Below the pieces are notes generated by a model that was not told the DNA's origin, did not search any database, and worked only from the letters and a program-made list of their open reading frames with translations. The translations under genes and the position numbers were made by a program. From the human T2T-CHM13v2.0 reference genome, Homo sapiens, in NCBI RefSeq assembly GCF_009914755.1, contig NC_060934.1: a stretch of 64,000 nucleotides of DNA; one strand, written 5' to 3'. Position 1 is the stretch's first letter. Each line of letters starts with the position of its first letter. Below, in pieces: positions 46,304 through 62,107 of this stretch.

Positions 46304-46345
46304 GAGGTGGGGAGCCTATTAAATCTTCAACCCTGGAATAGGTGC

Positions 46346-46913
46346 TGTATTAGTCTGTTTTCACACTGCTATAAAGATACTATCCAAGAGTGGATAATTT
46401 ATAAAGGAAAGAGGTTTAATTGACTCTCAGTTCCACCTGGCTGAGGAGGCCTCAGGAATCCTACAGTCATGGCAGAAGGTGAAGGAGAAGCAAGCACCTT
46501 CTTTACATGGAGGCAGGAGAGAGAAGTGCAAGCAGAGAAACAACAGACACTTATAAAAAACCATCAGATCTTGGCCAGGTGTGGCGGCTCATGCCTGTAA
46601 TCCCAGCACTTTCGGAGGTCGAGGTGGGCAGATCACTTGAGGTAAGGAGTTCAAGACCAGCCTGGCCAACATGATGAAAACCTGTCTCTACTAAAAATAC
46701 AAACAAAAAAAAAATTAGCTGGGTGTGATGGCGCATACCTGTAGTCCCAGCTACTCAGGAGGCTGAGGCAGGAGAATCACTTCAACCCAGGGGCAGAGGT
46801 TGCAGTGACCCAAGATGGCACCACTGCACTCTAGCCTGGTGACAGAGCAAGTCTTCGTCTCAAAAAACAAAAACAAAAAACCATCAGATCTCATAAGAAC
46901 TCACTATCATGAG
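46346..46913 (-). mobile_element. THE1D/MSTA-like partial LTR split by an Alu
   Basis: tgtattagtctgttttcacactgct...ccatcagatctcataagaactcactatcatgag. Confidence 0.85.
46573..46874 (+). mobile_element. AluS
   Basis: 17-bp TSD aaaaaaccatcagatct. Confidence 0.95.
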
Positions 46914-47354
46914 GCCTGACCTCTGCAAGCTCTACTGTAACTGACCCATCCCATCTGACCAGAGTCCAGCTAAGGAGTCTGGGGTCTCTCCTGAAGGCAA
47001 ATGAGAACCATGGAACTAGGGAGGACCAAGACAGGATGTCCTTAGGGTCCCCCATAGGGAGATCAAGAGGCATTTTTTCAGGACATTGGAGGACAAGACA
47101 GGGAGTAAGGTGATAAGATTTTCATTTTTTAAATACTAACAGGTGATTGTATGAAAGACGGATTGAAGGGGCACAGCAGTCTTCTTTGCATAATTGCAAT
47201 CACACACCACTGAGAGACTCTTGAATTCGATTTGGGGGAACCGTATCAACCAGAAAAGACCTGGAGTAAATATTGTTTTGGTTATCATTCCCAAAACAAT
47301 ATTACAATAAAACTTCCCATTACTCTCTAGAATTAATGATCATAGTAATAACCA

Positions 47355-47570
47355 CCAAATCACAAATATTTATTGTGCATTTAGAATATTTAAGGCCTGG
47401 TTCTAAGAGACTTACATGGAAACGCTTACGAGAGAGACTCCCCGTTTAACAGATAAAGAAATCAAAGTTCCCAGAAGCTAGGTAATTAGCCAAGTTCATG
47501 TAGCTACCCAATAGGGGAACTCGGATTTCTCAGACCCTCAAGCCCACTTTTTTAACCCTGTATTATCTTC
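47355..47570 (-). mobile_element. MIR
   Basis: cccgtttaacagataaagaaatcaaag...ggtaattagccaagttcatgtagcta. Confidence 0.6.
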
Positions 47571-49083
47571 CATTTTCTTACTATTATTCAGGGCCCCTTG
47601 TTGATGATGAACACTCTTGCTAGAATGCAGGCCACTGTGTTGTCTGAGAGATTATACTACTGGGCATGGGACAGGAGGAAGACTCAGGTGATATCTTCGT
47701 TGCCAACGTGTTAAATGAAATCTGGAAAGTGTTCAGTGCTAACAGGACAGTGTTATCTGTCTCATAATATGCTGAGCATGAATCAGAAGAATATAAAAAG
47801 ACAACTTCAAGGCCAAATGGAGGCAAAACTTACAAGATCCCTCCCACCCTCCCCGATTATCCTATCAGGGATCCTATCCGTGATCAGAGCATCTGGTTTG
47901 GGTGCCAGCAGGAGGTGCTAAACCAGGGGGGAATTATGAAAGGGTCAAAGAGAAAAGGGATTGTTTTCTTCAACAGAGCTTTTATGAAAAGTTCCCTTTG
48001 AGCTAGTCTTCCGCCATATCCATAATCTGCTCCAACATGGCAGCTGGTGTGAGGAGTTCTGTAAAACATCCTAGTCATTCTGGAAGCCAGGGAAGTCTCT
48101 GGCTTCTTGACAATAACTCAGGACTCTGAATTACTAATGGAAAAAGGAGGAATTCTGGGAGTAGCAAGCAGGACATTCATTAAGTCTGCCCATGGGTAGT
48201 AGCTTCGCTTTAGAATTGGAAGCCTCTCAAAGTCCTGAAATGCACTTCAAGAGCTGACAATGTCCAGAGCAATTGGGGCAATACCAAAGCACTTTGCGGC
48301 CATTCTCCAGAAGTCAAATGGCAAAGCGAGAACAGATTCTTCCCCTGCTCACTAGATAGAAGACCTTGTACTGAGGCCCGTGAGCAAAATTCTATTGTTG
48401 TGACACTCTATTACTTCCCAACAAAAATGAGTTCTCTTTTTTTTACTCCTCTCTGTCTTTTCTGTTACCTCCTTCCTTCCTTCCTCACAAGCTTTTTTTC
48501 TGGGGGTGGAGGTGTTGGGGGTGCCTTATGCCTCTTCCCTGGAGGAATTCCAGAACCAGTAGTACCAGCATGTTGATCACCCGCAAGGCTAGCAAGATGG
48601 CTAACCCTTGGCATTGCCCAAATGCTGTTTCAGAAGGTCAGCCTTCGTATGCTGGTGTGCTCAGCCCGCCTCGGAACCTTCTTTCCCACTTCAACATTCC
48701 TTGGTACTTAAATTCTTTGTGGAGCAATTACTTTCCACCTTGAGCAGTTCGTTTCTACTTGAACAGGCAGCTGGAGGTAGTCAAAGCGAGCTGAAACAAT
48801 CGTTTGCTATTGTAAAGCTCCCTTCATCCATACACTTACCATTCATCACACTGGAAAATAACAGAATGGCAAAGAGCGATTGCTGGTATTAATAGAATCA
48901 TGTCAGCTGAGGACAGACCCAAACAAACACAGCCATTGGGAACTATTGTGTCGCCTTACTGTCTCTGAAGGATTGTCCAGCTGGTAGATCTGAGCAATGT
49001 GCTCGTAAACAAAAGCCTGTACTCAGAGAGGCACTGCAGACACCAAGAAGCCTGACCGCTGACCGCAGGGCTTCACCTTCTGA

Positions 49084-49763
<680 letters not shown>

Positions 49764-49974
49764 TAACTAGAAGGTTGATTGAGTACCAAGCAATAAAATG
49801 CAAGGTATTTTTAATTCAGTCATGAACATCTACTAAAATTATAAGAAAGTTGTTTTGTGAATCCCACGCTAAAGAAAGGGAAGGAAAGAATGTGGTTAAC
49901 TCAGCTTAACTAGTTACCCGTCTCAGCGATCACAGATGATAAATGAAAAGGGAATCAAGTTCATACATTCAGCA

Positions 49975-50264
49975 AATTTTTTTAAGAGACAGAGTCTTGC
50001 TGTTGCCCAGGCTGGAGTGCAGTGGTGTTATCACAGCTCACAGCAGCCTCAACTTCTAGCCTCAAGCGATCCTCCCACCTCAGCCTCCAAGTAGCTGGGA
50101 CTAACAGGTGCATGCCACCACACCCAGACAACTTTTTTTTTTTTTTTTTTTTTTTTGTAGAGACAGAGCCTCACTACATTTCCCAGGCTGGTCTCAAACT
50201 GCTGGGCTCAAGCATCGGCCTCCCAAATCCCTGGGATTACAGGCATGAGCCACCATTCCCAGCC
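49975..50264 (-). mobile_element. AluJ inserted in L2 tail
   Basis: 13-bp TSD acattcagcaaat. Confidence 0.9.
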
Positions 50265-50660
50265 ACATTCAGCAAATATTGATTGAGGGCTTCTGCATGC
50301 AAAATGTTGTTCTAGGTGCAGAGGAGAAAGAAGTTACCAAACAAAGACCCTGCCTTCCCTCTTGGAGTTTATTTACATTGAGGAGAAAGACAAAAAAATA
50401 TATATAAATATATAATACAATGTCAGGGAGTGACAAACGCCAAGAAAAAAAAAATAAGGCAAGGAAAGTAAGCGTGGGCAATGGTGGGAAGATGAGACAC
50501 AGGAACGGTCCCTCTCAGGAGGGGACATGTGAGCAGAGACCTGAGTGAAGCGAGGAGATGAGCTGTGTGAGTACCTGGGGGAGGAGCCAGCCCTGCAGTG
50601 GGAAGGGTTGTGCAAAGGCCCTGGGGCAGCACGCTTGGCATGCTCAAAGGACTGGGCTTG
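50265..50660 (-). mobile_element. L2 3' fragment
   Basis: acattcagcaaatattgattgag...gagcagagacctgagtga...tgcaaaggccctgggg. Confidence 0.75.
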
Positions 50661-51304
50661 GTTTCTTAACAAACATATGGTGGCAGACTTGGTGCAGCCA
50701 AATGAGTGCTTTACCCTCCAAGTAATGAGGGTGCATGTATTATAATGAGGCTGCCGCTTTTGGAATCCCCCCTTTAGAATCAACCTTAAATTGCTATTTA
50801 CATCCCCCTCTTCCCCAACTCCCACTCAAATAACCAAAGATCATCAAAAGAAACAGAAATAAATAGTGCCAGGAAATAGCAGAGAGGGCCATCAGCAGGC
50901 CAGAAACTTTGAGAAAACGTTGGATAGTGTGAGGTAGATGGGATCAAATTGACAGAAAAATTGATCAGGGCTGACTGGTAATTCAGAGTCGGCCAGGGAG
51001 GCTCGCTGAGAAATGAAAGAACTTCCCCGACAGAGTCCTGAGGAGGAACCCCCAGCTCAGCTCTGACTGGAGGTCAGAGTGAGCCGAAGACACATTTAGA
51101 AAGGGATCAACAGGAAAACGTCTCTAATTGCACAGGTGGTCAGTCCACGTCCCCAGCTGCAGGTGGGGTGGATGTTAAAAGTCAAGTCCTAATGTCAATT
51201 GTGGGTGGGGAACCAAAAGAAGGTGGTACCCTGGCTAGCCTGTGTGTGCCACAGCAAATGGAAAATGGAACATAATTTATAACAGCTTAGCATCTGTGTT
51301 CACT

Positions 51305-51778
51305 TGGTGAACGTTGATTACACGAATTCGATGACTCCTGTCATACCCAACTAAAACAGAGTTGAGAAGCCAAGGCGTGGGGAATGCACTCTTGACACAC
51401 AACATATAGGGTTGCTCCAAGAATGTCATTTTCTGCAAGCTCAGCTGCTGAAACTGCCTGCTGGATCCCCAAACCAGTCGAATCTAATGGCTACGAAACA
51501 ACCTGCTGGGACTCTAAAAGTAGTTTTACCTGCCGCCACCACTTGCCTATCAGAAAGTTCCAGCTACGCAAAATTTTACTAGTGCCATTGAACTTCCTTG
51601 AAGGACAATACATAACGTTTATCTCTCTTTTACATATAAAACCTCTAACCTTCTCTTTGTTCTTTGGACATACCAAAGACCACCTGGTATGCATGTATGC
51701 CCCAAATTGCAATTTTTGCTTCCCCAATAAAATGTCCTAAATGTAGAGATTCATCTCTATACTTTATTTGACTTTGAC
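51305..51778 (+). mobile_element. ERV1-class solo LTR (family uncertain)
   Basis: TATA-like tataaaa, AATAAA, terminal tttgac, 4-bp TSD cact; resembles MER4-group LTRs. Confidence 0.7.
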
Positions 51779-52467
51779 CACTTCTTCCCTATTTCCTACC
51801 CCTAACCACATCCAGAAGATCTCAAGTAGATGGATGGGATGGGGATGAACCAGCTTTTGTGACCTTCCTGAGACCCCCATCCAGGAAGCAGCCGACTGCC
51901 CTCCAAGCTGCCTTGGGTAAAAGGGAGTTTGTCCCCAAAGGAACCCCTGCCTGCACCCTAGGCACACAAACACCAGCCACCAGTCTGTCCCCAGGCCACA
52001 CGGTCCTACGGGAAGCCACCTGCAGCCTTCTCCTGCTCCCTCAGCAGACCCAGAACTGCCCTGTCATTCAGTAGGAGAATCTGTCTTTGTCCTGGTAGCT
52101 TGAATGGTGCCAACTCCATTTATGTTTTCTATTTGTATTTTCTTCGTGTTTTTCTTTTCCTTTCCTAACATATATGGGGTTCATTACATTTTTCATTGTT
52201 CTTTTCCATATTCATTTTGAAGTTCTACATCCTATTTCTATTTTACTAGAATTTTACTAAATTTTTAGCTAACTTAATTCAACAAAATATTTTTGCATCA
52301 TTAATAATTAAATAATACGTATAATCCCCCTTTCAACAAGTCTAACAAGATGAGGTGTTTGCAACCTTTTGTAGCCCCCTCCTTTTGATGGCTCCTTGAA
52401 TTTAGTTCCAAGATTATAATTATTATTATAGGGCTTCTTTTATTTTGCACCGTATACCCTTTTTATC

Positions 52468-53385
52468 TTCTAATAGACTTTATGCTTTTTAGCAGTTTTA
52501 GGAACACAGTAAACTTGAGCAGAAAGCAGAGAAAGTTCCCATATACCCCCCCATCCCCACATATACACAGCTTTCTTCATCATCAACATCCTGCACCAAA
52601 ATGGTACATTTGTTATCCTCAATGAACCTACGTTAATACATCATTATCATCCAAAGTCCATAGGTTACATTAGGGATCACTCTTGATGTTGTACATTCTA
52701 TGACTTTTGACAAATATATCATGACATGTATCCACCCTTATAGCATCTTACAAAACAGTTTCGCTGCCCCCAAATCGTCTATGTTCCACCTATTTATCCT
52801 TCTTTTTCCCCAACCCCTGGCAACCGCTGATCTATTTACTATCTTCTATAGTTTTGCCTTTTCCTGAATGTCGTATAGATGGAATCACACAGTATGTATG
52901 TAGCCTTTTCAGATTGGCTTTTTCACTTAGTAATATACATTTGAGGTTCCACCATGCCTTTGTTGGCTTGATAGCACCTTTTCTTTTCATCACTGAATAA
53001 TATCCCATCGTCTGGACATACCACGGTTTATCCATTCATCTATGGAAGAACATCCTGGTTGCTTGCAAATTTTGTCAATTATGAAGAAAGTTGCCAGAAA
53101 CATCTGTGCATTGGTTTTTGTGTGGACATAAGCTTTCAATTCCTTTGGGTAAATACCAAGGAGCGTGAACGCTGGATCACATAGTAAGAGTATGTTTCAT
53201 TTTGTAAGAAACTGCCAAACTGTCTTCCTAAGTGGTTGTGCCATTTTTGCATTCCTCCAGAATGAGTGAGAATTGCTGTTGTTCCAAATCTTCGCCAGCA
53301 TTTGGTGTTAGTGTTTTGGATTCTGACCATTTCAATAGGTGCGTAATAGTATTTCATTTTTTGAATTTACAATTCCCTAATGACA
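52468..53385 (-). mobile_element. L1MC/L1MD 3' region
   Basis: tagcagttttaggaacacag...catcattatcatccaaagtccatagg...ctgccaaactgtcttcc. Confidence 0.85.
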
Positions 53386-54002
53386 TATACTGCTTATTCT
53401 TTCAAATATTTTGAAAATGTGTTAAACCTCACAAACTATACTATCAACTACATTTAAATGTGTTAATGGTTTTATTGCTCACTATATAATGTAGCATTTA
53501 TTTCCCTTTTAAAAGTTTATTCGTTTATTCCACAAACATCGACTGAGTGCCTGGTGCGTGCCCTGCGTGAAAATCTATAGTTACAAACTGACAAAACCTC
53601 TGTCTTCATGGAGCTTCCCTCCCCATAAAAGCTTTAAATTATTTTGTATTTGGCTAAAGTATACCCTTACATAATTTGTTTGTGGAATTTCTTTGTTTGG
53701 TTGGTTGTTGCTGTTGTTTTTCCCGAAATATTCTATTCTAGAAGGAAACATAGCTCATTCCCTGGACCCCTCTAGGTCTTCGCTCAAACATCACCTTCTC
53801 AGTGAGCACTACCACGGCCACATCACTTAAAATTGCATCCTCCTCCCCACAGTGCTCCCCGTTTCACCTCCTCCATAATATTTCTAACACACAACACATC
53901 ATATTTCATGTAAGACATGAATGTTGACGCACACTATTACGTTTTATGTCAACAAAAGAGAAGGGCGGCTAACTGAGTCATGGCCTTGACATTAGGTCAC
54001 AC

Positions 54003-54454
54003 TGATGCGGGGCAGCTGAGCCCCATCATGGAGCTTAGCCCACAAGGCTTCTTGGCTTTGCCCAGGAAAGAATTCAAGGGCAAGCCAAAAGTAAAAGAAA
54101 ACAGTCTTAGCGTTACAACTCTGTGACTGCCCCCGCAGAGCAGGGCTACCCAGTAGGCAGAGAGTAGCAGCTCAGGGCAGGGCAATTTTGCAGCCATATT
54201 TATACACACGTTTAGCTGCATGCAGATTAAGGAGTGGTTTATGCACGGGAGGGGTAGTAACTTTTGGATCGTTGGGTGCCGTGGAAAGAGGCAGTACCTC
54301 CCGAGTGTTGCCATGGCAACAGTAAATTGACCTGGTACACTGGTGGGTGGGTCTGATTGAATGCTGCTTTCATCCTGGCCCTGTTTCAGCTAGTCCTCAA
54401 TCTGATCTGGTGTCCGAGCTCCACCTCTGGAGGTGAGTCCTGCCTCTTACCTCA
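54003..54454 (-). mobile_element. ERV1 solo LTR (LTR9-like)
   Basis: TG...CA ends, TSD acac, internal palindrome tgttgccatggcaaca. Confidence 0.75.
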
Positions 54455-55209
54455 ACACCTCACCAATTTTTTTTTTTTTTACTAATTTGGAGATTTTAAG
54501 AGACTTCTCATGCCTTGAAAACCTTTGCATGTGATAGGCAGTCCTTTTGCAAACATAGCTCAGTAGTAAGACATGACAAAGCTTCACCCTCTTGCGGGTA
54601 TCTTCTTTTCTTACAGTGTCAAAACATGACTGGTTGTTTATAAGGAAACACGGAATTGTGGTCACTCTCCCAAAGATGAATACTTGCTTTTGGGTTTCCA
54701 TGCCTCTCCATGTACACAATAACCTTTTGTTTCAATTTCAGATCATCGTGGAATCTTTTTGAAGACATTTGAATGGCAAAATAAATCCTTTACGCATAGT
54801 ACTGGCAAAGAGCCCAGCTGAGCTGAAGCAGGAACACTATGAGCAGCTTTTCTCAGGTTTGCAACTTCGGGGGAAATGGCAATTCCTTAAAGGCAGCTGC
54901 CCGGCCAGCAGCAATGATAAGATGCCAGCGATTATAGAATGCACCCCAGTTTCAAAGTTGCTAATGTGAAACATCATGCTTCTAAGAATCAACAAAATAT
55001 AGTAATGTACTCACTTTGTCTATTATCTAGCTGCCTCTACTAGTTAGCAAGCTCTGTGATGATGACAGTAAACTTGGTGTATCTACTGATACCTCACCAG
55101 TGCCTATAACAGGACTTGGCCCATAGTACCGAGAACTGGAGAATGACCACAGTTCCATGTTTTCTTATAAACAACTAGTCAAGTTTTGACACTGTAAGAA
55201 AACAAGAGA

Positions 55210-56542
<1,333 letters not shown>

Positions 56543-56914
56543 GTATGCAATCGACTGTTTTTTAAGTGAATGCACAGATGAGACAGGATTTCACACCTGC
56601 CCTGTATAGCTGGAAAGCCAGGATCTCCCACTGCCTCTGTGGCACATGGCATTTCTTTCCAGATTGGAAGGCAATTGCATGTCATAGTCACTCTGCTTTG
56701 CTCCCTGACCCTTTGGCTGGCTGAAAGCCTCTTTTCCAGTAAAAGAGGGAACAGTGGCCTGACACATGTCATCCAAAAGATGATTGATGATTTTCTAGGC
56801 TGCTATGGGGTTTTTAGCAAATTCTTGTAGAATCAAGTGTGAAGGCCACAGAAGCTTCAGCCACAACACTCTTGTCTTTATAAATCAAAACAAGAGCAGA
56901 AGAAAGAATTAAAG

Positions 56915-57079
56915 GACAAAGGAAAAGGAAAGAGAAGGAGGGAAGGAAGGAAGGAAGGAAGGAGGGAAGGAGGGAGGGAGGGAGGGAAGGAAGGAAAAGG
57001 AAAGGAAAGGAAGAGGAAGGGAAGGAGGGAGGGAAGGAAAGGAAGGAAAGAAAGGAAAAGAAAGGAAAGGAAAGAAGAG
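56915..57079. repeat. (GGAA/GGGA/GGAAA)n polypurine tract
   Basis: ~160-bp near-pure purine tract. Confidence 0.9.
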
Positions 57080-58431
57080 TTACTACCTATACACAGTAAG
57101 AAGTACACTTGCTGATGCAATTGGATCTTGGTTTGATGGGTTCATGAGGAGGCAAAGATGTTAATTCCCGGGGCACTTGGATGTTTCAGAAGCCAAGGAA
57201 GTTCTCAAGCAACCCAGGAAGAGCTGCAACCCTCATCAGGAAAAATTATCCAGGCTCTCAACCTCCTGGGCTTCCGAGGCATATATCTGTGCCTGCCTGT
57301 CCCCAAATGGTATGCCTGGAGTGTGGGAAGACGGGCTTCAGAATTATTCAATTTAATAAACAGCTAAACAAAAAGGAAAAGGGAAAAAATATTTCTCACT
57401 GGCTGCACATTGCTTTAAATCCTTGTTCTTGTGGTTTATATTTTATGGAAATCTGTGTTTGGGAAAACACAAGGAGTGTCCTCCATGAACAGATACTGTT
57501 TTTCTTCTATACTCATGACACAAAAATTTGTTTCTACAGCCATCATGGGAGGTGCTCCTAGTACCTCCTTCAGATCTAATGCAGGTGTTTGAAGCCTAAT
57601 GATGCAGGACATCTGTTTTAATTACCTTTACAGCTGTCCAAACTCACCTGTTATACAGTATGCACATTTCACTTTAATAATGATATGTATAATGTGCTAT
57701 TTCACGTTAATTAGCACAACAGCTTTTCATTTCAATGCCAACAGAACCTTGAGCCTTTAAGGTCTTAATCTCAACTAACTCAATTCTAAGGTTATTTATG
57801 ACTTTATTGCTTTGTGCTTTTGTTACTTTTTTCCACTCAAAATTCACAAATTAGCAAGCTAAAGAAAAAGTCTCTTCATTCAGGGATTCTGAAAGTGTGG
57901 TTGGGGCAAACCAATAATCAAAGCCTGGACACTTGCCCTCACATTTGTCTCATTCAACAGGATTCAGTGAGCCCCTGCTAGAGGCTATGGCTGAGCACCA
58001 TGCCAGGCACTGGGGCTGCAAAATGCATGAGGCATGACCAGTGACTTGGGAGGGAGGAGGGACTTAAATGATAAAGTCTTTGATTTGAAAGAATTTAAAT
58101 TTTTCTTACTCGATGTTTATCATTTTCCTCACGTGATGCTCTTTTCAAAGAACACATTCTTCCTATTAAAACAATAATAAAATCCTTTACAGGGAAAGCT
58201 GATTGGACTAGGACATGGCTGCATAGATTCTACCTCATCAAATGGTCCAAAGGCCTTTCTTCCAAATTTCTGGCAGGAGCATCCTAAAGTACCGTCTCCA
58301 AGAACAAAGGACATTCCAACTTACAGTGGGCACACTCCAATGTCTCCTAGCTCTCCAAAGCAGAAACATAGTTTAAACATTTAAATCAGATGTGAAAAGT
58401 GAGCTTAGGGCCAAAAGAAATTAGCACTGAT

Positions 58432-58549
58432 AAAGTGAAAGTGAAAAGTAATTTGATATGCGTGGGTTATCCTCCACTTCACCCCCATTTGTTTAGCTTT
58501 TATGGGAATGGGGTTTTTCAAGGGAATTCCAAATGGGAATTTCCTATAA
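58432..58549. promoter_or_regulatory. Candidate IRF/NF-kB enhancer module
   Basis: AAAGTGAAAGTGAAA (58432-58446), GGGGTTTTTC (58510-58519), AGGGAATTCC (58521-58530), GGGAATTTCC (58535-58544). Motif evidence only. Confidence 0.45.
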
Positions 58550-59049
58550 GGAGATATTTGTGATCTCTTAGCCTCATGCTAGGGGACCGGTACAAGAAGA
58601 TGAAGATGAGGGTGTCTTGGGTTTACATTGACAAACATGGTAACTCCAGTAAATCTTCTACAGATTTATCACAACTGTTGCCAGTGATATTGATTTTTAA
58701 AACTCATAGGTAAAGAAAATCTTATCTAAATCCTTTTGCTGCAATATTCATGCACCTAGTTGTCTTACCCTTGTCTCTTGGAAAGTAAAATTGTATTTAC
58801 TTCACTGTGTATTGGCATTCATTATACCCCATGGGGAACACTAGTTGATCACCAGGATGCCATTATAGAGTAGAGGGAAAGGCATCTCTCTGAGATGAAA
58901 GTAGAGATCCTTTCTTTCAAAACCATCCTCTTGTGAAAACCCCCTGGTTCGATTCTTTGAACTAGTCCCTGGCTTCCTTCTCTTTTCCAGATGTTTCAGT
59001 CTCCACTTCCTTGATGACCAACCTTTTACTTCCTACTTATAACATGAAT

Positions 59050-59867
<818 letters not shown>

Positions 59868-60736
59868 TTAGGTCATACTGTGTGCACATGCTCAACATTG
59901 TAAAGTAGCACCGACTGTTTTCCAAAGTATTACAGCAATATTTACTCCCACCCACAGGGTACAACGTGCTAGTTGTTCATATTCTTATCAACACATAATA
60001 TTCTCAGTTGTTTAAAATTTTCAAATCTGGTGTATGTGTAATGGTATTACGCTATGGCTTTAATATGCATTTCTATGATTACTAATGAGACTGACCATTT
60101 ATTTCTTAATATATTTTGTAGCCATTGAGTTTTCTTTCTTTTGTGCAATATTTGTTCACGTCTCTTAACCCAACTTTTATTGGGTTCTTTTCTCTTATGC
60201 ATTGATAAGATTTCTTTAAATATTCTACCTATGTGTCCTTTATCAATTATTATTTCACAAATATCATCTTACACTTTTTGTCTAGTGAAATATTTTGCTA
60301 TTTCAAAGTCATGAAAATATTATTTTATAAATGCATTATACTTTTGCTTTCATATTTAGGTTATTTAATCCACCTGGAATTGAATTTTGAAGATGGGTTG
60401 TGGTAGGATCCAATTATATTTTTTTCCAGCTGGCTAACCGATTGTTTTTGCAGCATTTATTCAAATATCAGTTCTTTTCCCTTTCATTTGCAGTATCAAT
60501 TGTGTTGTATGTCCAGTGACAATATCTGTGTAGATCTGGTTTTTGCACCGCATTCTGTTCCATTGTTCTATTTTTTTTAATTTCTACCTCCATACTACAC
60601 AATCTTAATTATTGTATTTTTATACCATATCTTGATATCTTATAGGCCTAGCCTTCCTAGGCTGGTTTCTTTTCTTTGGCTGTACTTGGTCCTTTATGTT
60701 TCTGTATAAGTTTAAAATTTGCTTATAAAGTTACAA

Positions 60737-60739
60737 ACA

Positions 60740-60776
<37 letters not shown>
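60737..60776. repeat. (CA)n microsatellite
   Basis: AC repeat with one AT interruption. Confidence 0.9.
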
Positions 60777-60782
<6 letters not shown>

Positions 60783-61084
60783 GGGATTGCTTTGAGTGTA
60801 TAAATCAATTTGGAGAGAATATGTTCTAATCCATAAACATAGTATGTTTCTCCACTTATTTAGGACTTCTTTCATATTGGTCAATAAAGATTTTTAAAAG
60901 GCTTATAATTTTTAGAACCTTTGTGCTATTCTTTTACATATAAAGTAAATTAAAACATTTTATAATGCACAGAAAGGCAACAACAGAATGGAGAAACTTT
61001 CGAGGACTTATGAAACCTTTTCCTTATCTTTTTTATAAGGAAACTGTATATATCTATTGCTGTTTACTCCTTTAAAAATATTTT

Positions 61085-61432
61085 TAAAATTATTTTTATT
61101 TTATATATTTGAGGTGTACAACATGATATTTTGATATACATATTCATAGTGAAAGGACTATTTACAGGCAAGAAAATTATCCTATTCATCACATTCCATT
61201 GTTACTCTGCGTGTGAGAGAGAAAGAGTACCTAAAATCTCTCTTGGCAAATGTTCAGTATACAATACAGTGTTATTAACTACATCCTCATTCTTCACGTT
61301 AGTTCTCTAGACATTTTCATTCTACCAAACTGCAAATTTGTAGCCTTGGACCTACTTCTCGCCAATTTCTTTTCCTCTTTACCCCTAATAACTACTATTA
61401 GACTCTCTGTTTCTATTTATTTGACTTTTTAA
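61085..61432 (-). mobile_element. L1MA9/10-type 3' end
   Basis: tatttgaggtgtacaacatgatattttgatatacatat...tcagtatacaatacagtgttattaacta. Confidence 0.8.
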
Positions 61433-61786
61433 ATGCTTTTTAGTGCTATTCTGGTATCTTTTTTAAATTAATAAACTTTATTTTTTAGAGTGGTTTTAGG
61501 TTCACAGAAAAAAAAAAAAGGCAACTCTTTCATTTCATTTTCCAAATGTTTGTTGCCAGTATATAAAAAGACAATAGATTTTCTTATATTGGTATTATAC
61601 CCATAATCCTGATAAACTTTTTATTAAATCTAATAAGTTTTATACAAATTTGTTTCTATTTCCTATATATACATCATGACATCTACAAATAATAACAATT
61701 TTGTTTCTTTACAATCCTTATACTTTTATTTTTCTTGCCTTACTGTACTTTCTAAGACCTCCATTATAATGATTATTAGAGATCTC

Positions 61787-62107
61787 AGCCAGGCACGGTG
61801 ACTCAGGCCTGTCATCCCAGCAGTTTGGGAGGCCAAGGTGAGAGGACTGCTTGAGCCCAGGAGTTCAAGACAAGTCTAGGCAACATGGGGAAATCCCATC
61901 TCCACAAAAAAGACAAAAGTAGCCAGGTGTGGTGGTGCACGCCCGGTTGTCAGCTACTCTGGAGGCTGAGGTGGGAGGATTGCTTGAGCCCAGAGATTGC
62001 AATGAGCCAAGATCACATCACCACACTCCAGCCTGGGCAACAGAGTGAGACCCACTCTCAAAAAAAAAAAAAAAAAAGAAAGAAAGAAAGAAAAAGAAAA
62101 GAAAAAA
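61787..62107 (+). mobile_element. AluJ
   Basis: gcttgagcccaggagttcaagac; ggaggattgcttgagccc. Confidence 0.9.

Noticed and set aside
56941-56960. GGAA microsatellite as an EWS-FLI1 enhancer
   Set aside because: Only five consecutive GGAA units within a mixed purine tract; too weak to claim.
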